A stretch of DNA of 64,000 nt from a virus: IMG/VR virus record IMGVR_UViG_3300034112_001564, positions 1 to 64,000 of that record. One strand, written 5' to 3'. The translations under genes were made by a program, and so were the position numbers. This document shows, one piece after another, positions 1 through 8,755 of this stretch. Every line of letters begins with the position of its first letter. Positions within the stretch are counted from its first letter, which is position 1. The notes below the pieces were generated by a model. It saw only the letters and a program-made list of their open reading frames with translations, did no database searches and had not been told where the DNA came from.

Positions 1-59
1 ACGATGCTAACTGTCCGAATAATCAAACGGCCGCGAAAACCGCAAAAAATATTTTAGGC

Positions 60-87
60 TTGACCGAATTGCGGACGATGCTATCCT
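60..87 (+). promoter_or_regulatory. sigma70-like early promoter P1 (TTGACC-N16-TATCCT, extended -10)
   Basis: TTGACC 60-65, TGcTATCCT 79-87; near-identical copy at 2496-2523. Confidence 0.7.
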
Positions 88-139
88 TCATGCGTCGGGG
101 CATCCCCCCGAAACCATCACTAGATGAAAGGCTCGATCC

Positions 140-412
140 ATGCGAATCGCTCATAAGACTCCCGAATGCACGATCATTGTGGAAGGCGACGATATCCCCG
201 CTCACGTCGAATGGACGACGCACGACGTGATTGATCGCGCAACGGGGCACGTCGTCGGAACCATCGAATGTGTCTGGGAGGATTATGTTCTCGCCGGCAT
301 GCGTCGACTCGGCAGCGTCTCGGATGGCGTGATGGCGCTCGCCCGCTGGGATTTTTCCGACGCCGCCGACGCCGCCGACGCGCTGTACGAAATTCGCCCG
401 ATGATCGGTTAA
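140..412 (+). CDS. hypothetical early protein
   Basis: 90-aa ORF directly after P1, AAAGG upstream. Confidence 0.6.
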   Translation: MRIAHKTPECTIIVEGDDIPAHVEWTTHDVIDRATGHVVGTIECVWEDYVLAGMRRLGSVSDGVMALARWDFSDAADAADALYEIRPMIG

Positions 413-474
413 CACTCGACGATTCGCCGTACTGGACGTTTCCCCGCATCCCCCCATTTTTGAAAGAAAACACG

Positions 475-1434
475 ATGAAAACCGCAACCTATCGCCCGAC
501 GATGAAGAATTCCGATTGCCTGCGATTCGCTCGATTCTGCATGGAATGCGGCAGCCTCGCCGACGCTGCCGCTGAGGCTCGACGCATCGCCCGACGCATC
601 CGCGGCAGCAGCAGGAAGCGGGGCACATGGAAGTACTTCCTGCTGCGATTCGCGGCAGCCCTTGAATCCGGCAGCCTGCCGCATTCCATCTTCGCGGAGG
701 AAGGTAACGTCAAACTGCCTTTCGTCGCATTCTCGACGCTGCCGATTGTGACGTGCCCCGGCGCGGGGGCATGCGCAGGCATCGCAGCCCGCGGCGATGC
801 GCCGAACCTCGCCGATGCATTTTGCTACAGCCTGCGAGCATGGCGATACCCTGCCGCATTCCTGCGGCAGGCGATGAACACGCTACTGCTGAGGTTCAAT
901 CGTCGTGCCATCATCGACGCTTTCAAGGCGCTGCCGGAGGGCGTCACGTTTCGGCTGTATGTCGACGGCGATTTTGATTCCGAATCGACGGCCGTTTTCT
1001 GGTTCAATCTGTTGCGGCAGCGCCCCGATATGGCTTGCTATGGGTATAGCAAGTCGTGGCCGATCATTGAAAAACTCGCCGGCATGGTACCGCCGAATTA
1101 TGCCTTGAATCTGTCGTCGGGAGGCATCGACGACGACGACGCCGAATTCCGCGATAGACTCCGCGCGCTGCCTTTCGTTCGCGGCGATTTCATCGCGCTC
1201 CCCGTCGTCGGCGAGTTTGCCAAGGGCTTCGCTCGATACGATGACGCCGAATATCATCGCGCCGTCCGAAAGGCTGCCGAGGATGCGGGGCTCGGCAAAG
1301 TCTTCTCATGCCCCGGCACTTGCGGCAGTTGCACGGGCGCGGGGCACGCTTGCGGGGCTCGCGACGACGCGGGGGATTTCATCATGCCCCGCATCGTCGC
1401 CATCGGCATTCATGCGCCCGGTTATCTGTCCTGA
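475..1434 (+). CDS. GP88-family protein (Cys-cluster phage protein)
   Basis: TCPGAGAC...FCYS, FRLYVDGDF, YGYSKS, NLSSG, C-terminal CPGTCGSC; start reset to ATG 475. Confidence 0.7.
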   Translation: MKTATYRPTMKNSDCLRFARFCMECGSLADAAAEARRIARRIRGSSRKRGTWKYFLLRFAAALESGSLPHSIFAEEGNVKLPFVAFSTLPIVTCPGAGACAGIAARGDAPNLADAFCYSLRAWRYPAAFLRQAMNTLLLRFNRRAIIDAFKALPEGVTFRLYVDGDFDSESTAVFWFNLLRQRPDMACYGYSKSWPIIEKLAGMVPPNYALNLSSGGIDDDDAEFRDRLRALPFVRGDFIALPVVGEFAKGFARYDDAEYHRAVRKAAEDAGLGKVFSCPGTCGSCTGAGHACGARDDAGDFIMPRIVAIGIHAPGYLS

Positions 1435-1453
1435 GCCTGCCGCGCATCGACGA

Positions 1454-1491
1454 CACGAGCCCCGCGGGATTCAAGCCCCGCGGGGCTCGTG
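1454..1491. terminator. perfect 15-bp stem-loop, possible bidirectional terminator
   Basis: CACGAGCCCCGCGGG (1454-1468) / CCCGCGGGGCTCGTG (1477-1491), just after GP88 stop; no U-tract. Confidence 0.55.
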
Positions 1492-1499
1492 CATGCGCA

Positions 1500-1933
1500 G
1501 GGCTCAGGCTCGATCATGACGGGGGCTCAGGCTCGGCAGGCAGGCGACGGCAGGGGCTCAGGCATCGCAGGCAGGCGACGACGGCGGGGGCTCAGGCTCG
1601 GCAGGCGACGACGGCAGGGGCTCAGGCATCGCAGGCAGGCGACGACGGCAGGGGCTCAGGCTCGGCAGGCAGGCGACGGCAGGGGCTCAGGCATCGCAGG
1701 CAGGCGACGACGGCAGGGGCTCAGGCATCGCAGGCAGGCGACGACGGCAGGGGCTCAGGCTCGGCAGGCGACGACGGCAGGGGCTCAGGCATCGCAGGCA
1801 GGCGACGGCAGGGGCTCAGGCTCGGCAGGCAGGCGACGGCAGGGGCTCAGGCATCGCAGGCAGGCGACGACGGCAGGGGCTCAGGCATCGCAGGCAGGCG
1901 ACGACGGCAGGGGCTCAGGCATCGGCAGGCAGG
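1500..1933 (+). repeat. tandem array, 14 copies of a ~30-34 bp unit
   Basis: GGGGCTCAGGC-(TCG|ATC)-GCAG(GCAG)GCGAC(GAC)GGCA units counted directly. Confidence 0.95.
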
Positions 1934-1953
1934 CCGGCGCACTCGACGCCCCC

Positions 1954-2113
1954 CCCGAACGTGAGAACACGAGCCGCCCCGACCGGCGAAACGAGCCGCC
2001 CCCGAACGTGGAAACCAGCGCAGCCCCGAACGTGGAAACGCGCGCCGCCCCGACCGGCGAAACGCGACGCCCCCGATCATGCGAACCCGAGCCGAGCCCC
2101 CGAACATGGGAAC
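1954..2113 (+). repeat. array of 7 CCCG-N6-GAAAC-type motifs at ~24-bp period
   Basis: exact copies at 1978, 2001, 2025, 2049; degenerate at 1954, 2072, 2099. Confidence 0.85.
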
Positions 2114-2123
2114 CGGCGAGCCG

Positions 2124-2372
2124 CTACGAACCGCGCCGGCGGCTCCGGTCGGCCGCCCTGGCATCCGCGGCGGCCTCCGCGATTTCGCGGAGCTGCTCGA
2201 CCCCGTACATATCAAGCACGAGCGACCAGTCCTCGCCGGCTCGCAGCCCCTGGCCGTGAGCGTGCCGCCAAACGACGGCAGCGATTTCTTCAGAGTAGGC
2301 CGGATCGGCGCCGGCCGCCGCGGCGGCATCGGCAGCCCAATCGAACAGTCTCGCGAGGTTTTCGATTTTCAT
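2124..2372 (-). CDS. hypothetical protein, probably leaderless
   Basis: MKIENLARLFDW..., 82 aa, promoter directly upstream. Confidence 0.6.
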   Translation of the reverse strand: MKIENLARLFDWAADAAAAAGADPAYSEEIAAVVWRHAHGQGLRAGEDWSLVLDMYGVEQLREIAEAAADARAADRSRRRGS

Positions 2373-2378
2373 GCCGGC

Positions 2379-2407
2379 ATCGTATCCAGCGAGCCGCGGG
2401 GGCGCAA
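2379..2407 (-). promoter_or_regulatory. promoter TTGCGC-N17-TACGAT
   Basis: -10 ends 6 nt before ATG 2372. Confidence 0.55.
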
Positions 2408-2495
2408 CCCCGGCCGCGAAAACTCGAAATTTCTCACAATCCCAAGTGTCCAAACAACGCAAACCCGCGGGAATTCCGAGAAAAAGATTTTAGGC

Positions 2496-2523
2496 TTGAC
2501 CGATCGACGGACGATGCTATCCT
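2496..2523 (+). promoter_or_regulatory. early promoter P2 (TTGACC-N16-TATCCT)
   Basis: copy of P1 including upstream ATTTTAGGC. Confidence 0.7.
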
Positions 2524-2570
2524 TGTGGCATGCGGGCGAATGAGCCTCCCCAGTGAAATGAGGTGACGAA

Positions 2571-2795
2571 ATGTGCGACGACCAGAAAATCGTGAACGAC
2601 ATGGAAGATGCGATAGAGCGAAACGATCTGCGCGACATGGTGCGACTGCTTCGCGAGTATGACGGGAAGAACCCGATCACGTTTCGCCAGTTCAAAATCG
2701 AATACGGCGACGACTCGACCCGCGCCGAGTGGCGCGAGGCGATTGTCGAAGAGTGCGAGAGTCTGATCGAAGGAATCAAGCACGGCCGGGAATAG
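2571..2795 (+). CDS. hypothetical protein
   Basis: GAGGT RBS, 74 aa. Confidence 0.7.
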   Translation: MCDDQKIVNDMEDAIERNDLRDMVRLLREYDGKNPITFRQFKIEYGDDSTRAEWREAIVEECESLIEGIKHGRE

Positions 2796-2838
2796 CCCCG
2801 ACCGTGGAAACCCAAACCCCCTAGAAGGAAACGAGACG

Positions 2839-3174
2839 ATGAAGAACCCCGCGACGATCCCCGGCAGCGTCATGGAAGAAATCGAACGGCGTATGGCCCG
2901 CGGCGATGATATGCAAGAAACGCGACGGCACGTCATCAAGCACCACGGCATGAGCGAATGGCGATGGCTCTCGACCACGCCGCACGAGCGACACGCTCGC
3001 GAGAGGGCGCAGGCCGCTCGCTCGATTCTGGAGGTGAGGCAGCTTATCCGCGAAAACGGCTTCAATACCTGGGAGGTCTGCGCCATCGCTCGCGATCCAG
3101 ACGGTTTCGCTTTCTGTGACGGTGGCGGAGCCACCGCGGATGACCTCGGGAGGGAATCCGCCGGCCTTGCGTGA
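2839..3174 (+). CDS. hypothetical protein
   Basis: AAGGA RBS, 111 aa. Confidence 0.7.
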   Translation: MKNPATIPGSVMEEIERRMARGDDMQETRRHVIKHHGMSEWRWLSTTPHERHARERAQAARSILEVRQLIRENGFNTWEVCAIARDPDGFAFCDGGGATADDLGRESAGLA

Positions 3175-3256
3175 TAGGCTCCCAGAGCAAACAATCGGCC
3201 GCCGGCGCGTTGCCGGTGGCCCCGACCGTGACAACCCCGTAAGAGGAAACCAGACG

Positions 3257-3571
3257 ATGAAGGTATACAGCGTCAGCACGAACAAGACATGCGGCGGCCC
3301 GCATCATGGAATCACCGTATCGCTTATCAGCGGGCCTGGGATCGGCGTGCTGCTGCGGCACTTCCCCAGCAGCGAAGCTTCCGCAGCCCGCGCCTACGAG
3401 GCGAGGCTGCAACGAGTGGCGGAGATTCTCAACGAGACAAGCGCGGCGGCGGCCTTGGCGGCAGCCGCTGATGCGCTTGACATGGCGCAGGCGCAGGTCG
3501 ATTGCGAGCGGGATCGGAAGACGCTGATCGCCGCGATGCACGCGGCGCGCCAAGCAGCTCGATCTCTTTAG
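3257..3571 (+). CDS. hypothetical protein
   Basis: GAGGA RBS before ATG 3257. Confidence 0.65.
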   Translation: MKVYSVSTNKTCGGPHHGITVSLISGPGIGVLLRHFPSSEASAARAYEARLQRVAEILNETSAAAALAAAADALDMAQAQVDCERDRKTLIAAMHAARQAARSL

Positions 3572-3629
3572 TCGCCAGACCCCGACCCCGTACATCACAA
3601 CCCATAACCCCGATTAGGAGAACCTGACG

Positions 3630-4634
3630 ATGGCAGCGATTCAAGACTTTGGCGGCAAGATCGGCGGAGCGGCGAAAGACCGCTCGCCCCCCCGCGGGCC
3701 TCGATCGACCCCGACCGGCGAAACGGCGGGCGCTTCCGGCAGGCAGGCCAAGCCGCTCCGGTTCGCATGGTACATAGACCGCAAGACCGGCGCGGTCTAT
3801 GCCGTGAAAGATGGAGACCGCGCCCATCGTCGCCTGCGGGAGTTCCCAAACGGCGAGGCTGCCCGCGCATTTATCGCCAGCCCCGCGGCGCAGTCCGAAC
3901 TGGAGGCCGCCTGGGAGGTCGCCCGCGAGGCAGGCAACGTGACCGAAGAGAAGACACGCGGCACGTTCAACCGCCCTCGCAGCGGCCTCGATCACCGCGG
4001 CGGCGTCGATTCGACGCCGGAGTCTTTCCTCGCCACGTTCGCCCCCTACGGCGTGGAGTTCGGCAATTGGCAGACCGATAGGGCGGCCTGCCTCAACCAG
4101 ACGCACGATGCGCTGTGCGACCTCGCAGGGGTCGTGCGGATGCAGGCCGGATCGCTCACGTTCGGCGGGAGGCTCTCCCTCGCATTCGGATCACGCGGCC
4201 ACGGCAAGGCGTCCGCACACTACGAGCCGGAACGGCGGGTTATTAATCTGACCAAGACCTCCGGCGCGGGCTGCCTCGCGCACGAGTGGTTCCACGCCTA
4301 CGATCACCAGCAGGGGGACGCTGCCGGCCTGGGGGGCTTTGCCTCAGCCGGCCGCAGCGATTTGTGGCTGACGCTGCAAGCCCTGCCAGCGGGGCTTAAA
4401 GACCGCAGCCTCGCAGCCGACCGGACCCGCAGCAAGCGCTACTGGTCGCTGCCCGAGGAGATTCTGGCGCGGGCGTTTGAAGCTTGGGTGAGGCAGTCGG
4501 TGGACAACGACTACCTCGCGAACATCCTGCCGGTGGAGCAGTTCGGCCCCGGCGCGTCTGTCTACCCTTACCCGCTGCCTGCCGAGATGCCCGCAGTGGG
4601 CGTGGCGTTCCGCCGGCTTTTCGGCTTGCCCTGA
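3630..4634 (+). CDS. LPD1-type (large polyvalent protein) domain protein with zincin HExxH
   Basis: IQDFGGKIGGAAKD, GVEFGNW, LAFGSRG...AHYEP...INLTK...LAHEWFH, EILARAFE. Confidence 0.8.
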   Translation: MAAIQDFGGKIGGAAKDRSPPRGPRSTPTGETAGASGRQAKPLRFAWYIDRKTGAVYAVKDGDRAHRRLREFPNGEAARAFIASPAAQSELEAAWEVAREAGNVTEEKTRGTFNRPRSGLDHRGGVDSTPESFLATFAPYGVEFGNWQTDRAACLNQTHDALCDLAGVVRMQAGSLTFGGRLSLAFGSRGHGKASAHYEPERRVINLTKTSGAGCLAHEWFHAYDHQQGDAAGLGGFASAGRSDLWLTLQALPAGLKDRSLAADRTRSKRYWSLPEEILARAFEAWVRQSVDNDYLANILPVEQFGPGASVYPYPLPAEMPAVGVAFRRLFGLP

Positions 4635-4679
4635 CCCCCGTGGATGGAAACGAGAGCACCCCGAAGGAGGGAACGAGAG

Positions 4680-4946
4680 ATGAGCGACCCCGAGATGTAC
4701 GCACGACTGCGGATCGCGATGGAGCGGATCGATGCCGCGACTAATGGCCGCGAATGGTTGGCTGGTCGGCACATTCGCCGCGTGATGGATGCGATGGCGC
4801 AGAAGTTTTTCGACAGCACGGGCGGCGACCTGCGATGGCAGGCGACAACTATCCCATCGCCCGCGGAGACGTTCGGCGACAAGACTGCAAGTCAGGACTA
4901 TGCCCCCTGGAGCGAAACGATTACCCCGACCGGAGAAACGACATGA
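4680..4946 (+). CDS. hypothetical protein
   Basis: AAGGAGG upstream. Confidence 0.65.
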   Translation: MSDPEMYARLRIAMERIDAATNGREWLAGRHIRRVMDAMAQKFFDSTGGDLRWQATTIPSPAETFGDKTASQDYAPWSETITPTGETT

Positions 4947-5125
4947 ATCCGATGCTGCCTTGGTGGAGCTGTTCCGCGATGATCCTCGACGGTGCCGACG
5001 AGATCGACGCCGACCTCGAAGTGCGGGCCGCGACGGCCGGCGAGGCCGAGGATATCGCCCGAGCCGAGTGGGCCGATATGGGCCTGGGTGCCGATGCGGT
5101 GAAGGTGCGGAGGTGCGACCAGTGA
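4943..5125 (+). CDS. hypothetical protein
   Basis: GGAG RBS, ATGA overlap. Confidence 0.6.
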   Translation: MNPMLPWWSCSAMILDGADEIDADLEVRAATAGEAEDIARAEWADMGLGADAVKVRRCDQ

Positions 5126-5448
5126 CAAGCTATCAAGTCTCTCCGCGTGTCACGCTCCACCCTGGCGATCGATTCCGCGTGAGCGGCGGCCCCTACTACC
5201 GACTCGAAGACGGCAGCCGGGTGCCGCTAGCGGCTCGCGGCGTGTTCACGCTCGTGGCAGTGGATCGCGGGCGGCGTGGCAGGGTGCAGCTCCTCGCCTA
5301 CGGGGCCGGCGGTTTCGCGGTGCTCCACGTTGCCGGCCGGCGGCGGTCGCGGGTGCCGGGGCTCGTCTGCCGCCCCTATCGGGTGCGCCGGGCTGGCGGG
5401 CAGAAAACAATTCGGCCGGCGCGCAAGAAGCAGTTGCCCGCGGCGTAA
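5122..5448 (+). CDS. hypothetical basic protein
   Basis: GGAGG RBS, GTGA overlap. Confidence 0.6.
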   Translation: MTSYQVSPRVTLHPGDRFRVSGGPYYRLEDGSRVPLAARGVFTLVAVDRGRRGRVQLLAYGAGGFAVLHVAGRRRSRVPGLVCRPYRVRRAGGQKTIRPARKKQLPAA

Positions 5449-5461
5449 TCATTGCGTAGGA

Positions 5462-5489
5462 TTGACCTACCAAAGGACGAGACTAGAAG
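5462..5489 (+). promoter_or_regulatory. early promoter P3 (TTGACC-N16-TAGAAG)
   Basis: shares TAGG-N-TTGACC-N7-GGACGA with P1/P2. Confidence 0.55.
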
Positions 5490-5547
5490 GGGCAGCGTAG
5501 CCCCGGCCGGCGAAACGAGACGATACCCCGATTAGGAGAACGCGACG

Positions 5548-5907
5548 ATGAGCCGAATGAAGGATGCGATCATTGCATGCTGGGATGCGGACGCGATCCC
5601 AGTCCCTGGTGGCACTGTGAAGAAGTGGCGGGCGGCGGGCCATGCGGCCCCGACAATCCGCGTGCCGGTGACTGGCTACGACGGGCAGACGATCATGCTC
5701 CGCGCCATGCGGCACCGGGATGCCAGCGCGATGGCTATTCGGTTGGAGGGGTCGAGCGACGGTCGCCGGCTGTGCCGCGAGCTGGCTGCCCTGCGGAAGT
5801 ATCGGTACATGACTTTGCCATGCCGATGCGGTGCCTGCGGTGTTCGCGGGCAGCAGCATTACTTCGTGAATACCGGGGCGGAATTGCTCTGCGTGAATTG
5901 CGGCTGA
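5548..5907 (+). CDS. hypothetical protein with C-terminal Zn-ribbon
   Basis: AGGAG RBS; CGAC...CVNC. Confidence 0.7.
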   Translation: MSRMKDAIIACWDADAIPVPGGTVKKWRAAGHAAPTIRVPVTGYDGQTIMLRAMRHRDASAMAIRLEGSSDGRRLCRELAALRKYRYMTLPCRCGACGVRGQQHYFVNTGAELLCVNCG

Positions 5908-6228
5908 TTCCCCGCCGGCACGTTGCCGGCGGGGAGTGGGCAGGCACAAGGTGAAGGAGAGATGCGATGGTCAATCAGTTTCCAGAAGCGGGGCAGTCCC
6001 GCGGGCGGTTCATCACCTGGGCAAGAGAAATCACCGAGGAGGCATTTCGCCTTGACCCGATTTTTATGGACGAGGCCGCCGTGAGGATTTTCGGCGGCTC
6101 CGTCTGGTGCTGGACGGGATCCGAAACGACGGACGCGAAGATTCACGCGATCTGCCGAGCGGCGATGATCGTGCGGTTGCAGGCCGGAGCGGCCTGACGG
6201 GATTCCCCGCCGGCACGTTGCCGGCGGG
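5906..6228 (+). repeat. identical 28-bp hairpin-forming direct repeat (5906-5933, 6201-6228)
   Basis: GATTCCCCGCCGGCACGTTGCCGGCGGG twice, flanking one gene; related copy near 3199-3219. Confidence 0.9.
5967..6197 (+). CDS. hypothetical protein
   Basis: AAGGAG RBS. Confidence 0.65.
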   Translation: MVNQFPEAGQSRGRFITWAREITEEAFRLDPIFMDEAAVRIFGGSVWCWTGSETTDAKIHAICRAAMIVRLQAGAA

Positions 6229-6288
6229 CGTGGAAACGACGAAACTACGATGACCCCCAGACGGGGGAAACGACACGAAAGGGAAACG

Positions 6289-6576
6289 ATGGCGACCGAG
6301 CACATTTATGACTACCAGACAACGCTTGACGGCAAGCCCGAGAAGGTGACATTCACCATCGTGCGAGATACCGCGGCAGAGAAAGCAGCCGGCCGGCACC
6401 TGTGGCCGATCACGGCGACCGTTGGAGAGAAGTCGCTCCGATACGTTGTCGCGGCAGGGACAAGGCTTAGAGAGTCTCGCAGCGTCTTGCCAGACTTGGC
6501 CCGCGACGGGTTTATCACGCGGGAACGCGAGATTGAACCATTTGGCGGATTCGGCAGCTATGACCCAACGACATGA
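6289..6576 (+). CDS. hypothetical protein
   Basis: AAAGG RBS. Confidence 0.6.
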   Translation: MATEHIYDYQTTLDGKPEKVTFTIVRDTAAEKAAGRHLWPITATVGEKSLRYVVAAGTRLRESRSVLPDLARDGFITREREIEPFGGFGSYDPTT

Positions 6577-6711
6577 CGACCCACCGCTACCCCCGGCCGG
6601 CGAAACGCTCGCCGGGGACTGCGGCGGGCCGGCGTGGCCCCTGGAACGTGGAAACGCGACGGCCCTGGAGGGCCGCCGCAGACCGGAAACCTAGAGACGA
6701 GGAGACAGACG

Positions 6712-6951
6712 ATGACATACACGAAGTGCCAAATTCTGAATCACGAGGTCGAGTTCAAGTCGATTCCGACCAGCGGCTGCATCTCGGTCGGCGTGGATGG
6801 CTGGCTTGTCGGCAACTACGAAAACGATTCGGCGGCGATCGTGGCGGCACTGGAGCAAATCCGCGTGATGGACGGACTAGTGAAGCGGCCACTCATTTCC
6901 AATCGTATTCGCAAAAACCTGCGAGAGATGGTCGCTGCGAACGCATCTTGA
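6712..6951 (+). CDS. hypothetical protein
   Basis: GAGGAG RBS. Confidence 0.65.
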   Translation: MTYTKCQILNHEVEFKSIPTSGCISVGVDGWLVGNYENDSAAIVAALEQIRVMDGLVKRPLISNRIRKNLREMVAANAS

Positions 6952-7018
6952 GCCCCGCCCCGTGGAAACTTTGACCCGATTACACCATGCCGCCCCGTGC
7001 GGCGAAACGAGCACGATC

Positions 7019-7375
7019 ATGATGGGCATCAACATCAACGACCGCACCCAGGACTTCACCGCTCAGATTCTGCGCGGCGAGAAGACGGTCGAAACCCGCC
7101 GCACCGACTCGCTCCGCCCCTATGTGGGAAAGCGGGTCGGCATCGTCCGCACCGGCCGGGGGCGGGCGACACTGGTCGGCTACGCGACCATTGGCGAGCC
7201 GATTCGCTACGAGCACCAGCGGCAGTTTGCAGCCGACTACGCTCGCCACCGAGTGGCGGCGGGCTCTCCGCACGACTGCGGCCCCGAGGGCAAATTTGGC
7301 TACGTCCTGATCGACGTTGAGGCGACGCCCCCCAGGCCGGTGACGAGCCGCGGGATCGTGGCGAGGAAGATTTAG
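7019..7375 (+). CDS. ASCH-domain protein
   Basis: ILRGEKTVETR matches the ASCH GxKxxExR motif. Confidence 0.8.
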   Translation: MMGININDRTQDFTAQILRGEKTVETRRTDSLRPYVGKRVGIVRTGRGRATLVGYATIGEPIRYEHQRQFAADYARHRVAAGSPHDCGPEGKFGYVLIDVEATPPRPVTSRGIVARKI

Positions 7376-7445
7376 GCACAGTGCTCGAGGGCCGCCGCCA
7401 CCCCGAGCATAGAAACCCCGAGCGGCGAAACGAAAGGACGATGCG

Positions 7446-7829
7446 ATGACGAAGGAAGGATTCAAGATCGACAAGAAGAAGCGAATGTCGAAGAAGGCCG
7501 TCTGCGCCTACTTCGGTGAACGCGGGATGCCCGTGTCCCCCGCGGAGGTGGCCTTCCATGCGGTCGGCACGTTCACCAGCAGGAAGTGGGATCACGAGCA
7601 CGGCGGTCGCTTCACCGACGAGCTGGAGACCATCCCCGCCCTGGCCGTGATCATCAAGGAACGGCCGGCTGGCATCTGCGACTGGGGCGACACCGACGAG
7701 GGCCGCATGGATGTCTACTCGCTCAGAGACATTTATGGAGAGTGCCAGGACGATGTCCCCGCCCCGAAGTACGCTATCGCCGCGGCGAAGCGGGCAATAC
7801 GGCCCGCGAAACGAAAGGCAGCCCGATGA
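7446..7829 (+). CDS. hypothetical protein
   Basis: AAAGGA RBS. Confidence 0.7.
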   Translation: MTKEGFKIDKKKRMSKKAVCAYFGERGMPVSPAEVAFHAVGTFTSRKWDHEHGGRFTDELETIPALAVIIKERPAGICDWGDTDEGRMDVYSLRDIYGECQDDVPAPKYAIAAAKRAIRPAKRKAAR

Positions 7830-8014
7830 TCTCATACGAACCGATCCCCGCGGAGATTCGGCGCGAGCTTTTTCAGGTCATGTTCGACCGCATCAAGATG
7901 CACTACGAGCTGCGGCAACGCATCCGCAGGAGCGCCGGCCTCCCCGCCGGCAACATGGTCACTGGAGCGTTCCGGCGGCCCGTCCGAGGAAACAAGAGGA
8001 GACCCCGATCATGA
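7826..8014 (+). CDS. hypothetical protein
   Basis: ATGA overlap, AAAGG RBS. Confidence 0.55.
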   Translation: MISYEPIPAEIRRELFQVMFDRIKMHYELRQRIRRSAGLPAGNMVTGAFRRPVRGNKRRPRS

Positions 8015-8190
8015 AAAACCGAATCACCCCCTACGAGGCCGGTTGGCTGACGTTCTTGGTCAGCAGCGGCATCGCCTCCGAGGCGGCCTGCCGCGAGGCG
8101 ATGAACCGCGTGGCCCAGGACGCCCTCGACGAGATCAACCGCCTGCGGGCGGCCAGGAAGAAGGCTGGCAAAAAACGCAAGGACAATTAG
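8011..8190 (+). CDS. hypothetical basic protein
   Basis: GAGGAG RBS, ATGA overlap. Confidence 0.6.
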   Translation: MKNRITPYEAGWLTFLVSSGIASEAACREAMNRVAQDALDEINRLRAARKKAGKKRKDN

Positions 8191-8245
8191 GCTACTGGTC
8201 GATAGTTCAATAGGCTACGAAACGACACTTCACAGGAGACTCCCC

Positions 8246-8557
8246 ATGAGTCACGCAGTAGGCGATTCGGTCTGGTTGGCGACTTCCCATGTCGGATTTG
8301 ACGGCCTCTCCCGCGGCCATGTCCTGCGGGTCGAGGTTGTCGCCGTCATCGACGGCACCGTGATGATCCGCTACCCGTCCAGCGGAACGATCCGCTCGGT
8401 CGAGGCCGCGTCGGAGACGATCTGTGACAGCGAGGCCGAGGCATGGGCCGCCGTGGCCCGCGAGCTGACCACGGCCCGAGGCCGCGTCCAGGCGGCGATC
8501 GACGAGGCCACCGCCAAAGCCGCCGGCTGCCGGGTCGGGGAGGCGGTGCCGGCATGA
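8246..8557 (+). CDS. hypothetical protein
   Basis: AGGAG RBS. Confidence 0.65.
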   Translation: MSHAVGDSVWLATSHVGFDGLSRGHVLRVEVVAVIDGTVMIRYPSSGTIRSVEAASETICDSEAEAWAAVARELTTARGRVQAAIDEATAKAAGCRVGEAVPA

Positions 8558-8700
8558 ACCCCCGATCGTGGAAATGGGTCATGGACGACCTGATCCGCAC
8601 GCTCGTGCTCGTCCGACTCGGGCAATTGCTCGGGTCGGAGAGCACGGCGGCGCGGGCCGTCCACGACCTCGTCGAAGCCGTTTTTTCGATTGTCAGGTGA
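8554..8700 (+). CDS. small hypothetical protein
   Basis: GGAGG upstream, ATGA overlap. Confidence 0.45.
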   Translation: MNPRSWKWVMDDLIRTLVLVRLGQLLGSESTAARAVHDLVEAVFSIVR

Positions 8701-8755
8701 TTGGCCTGACGCATAGAATGACACCCCTACCCGAGTGTGGAAACGAGAGGACACG

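Noticed and set aside
1500-1933. CRISPR array
   Set aside because: No unique spacers; no cas genes seen.
1500-1933. CsrB-like sponge RNA
   Set aside because: Units contain no GGA on either strand.
1308-2259. ORFs 1308-1964 and 1489-2259
   Set aside because: Open only because the repeat lacks stops; low-complexity translation and no clear RBS.
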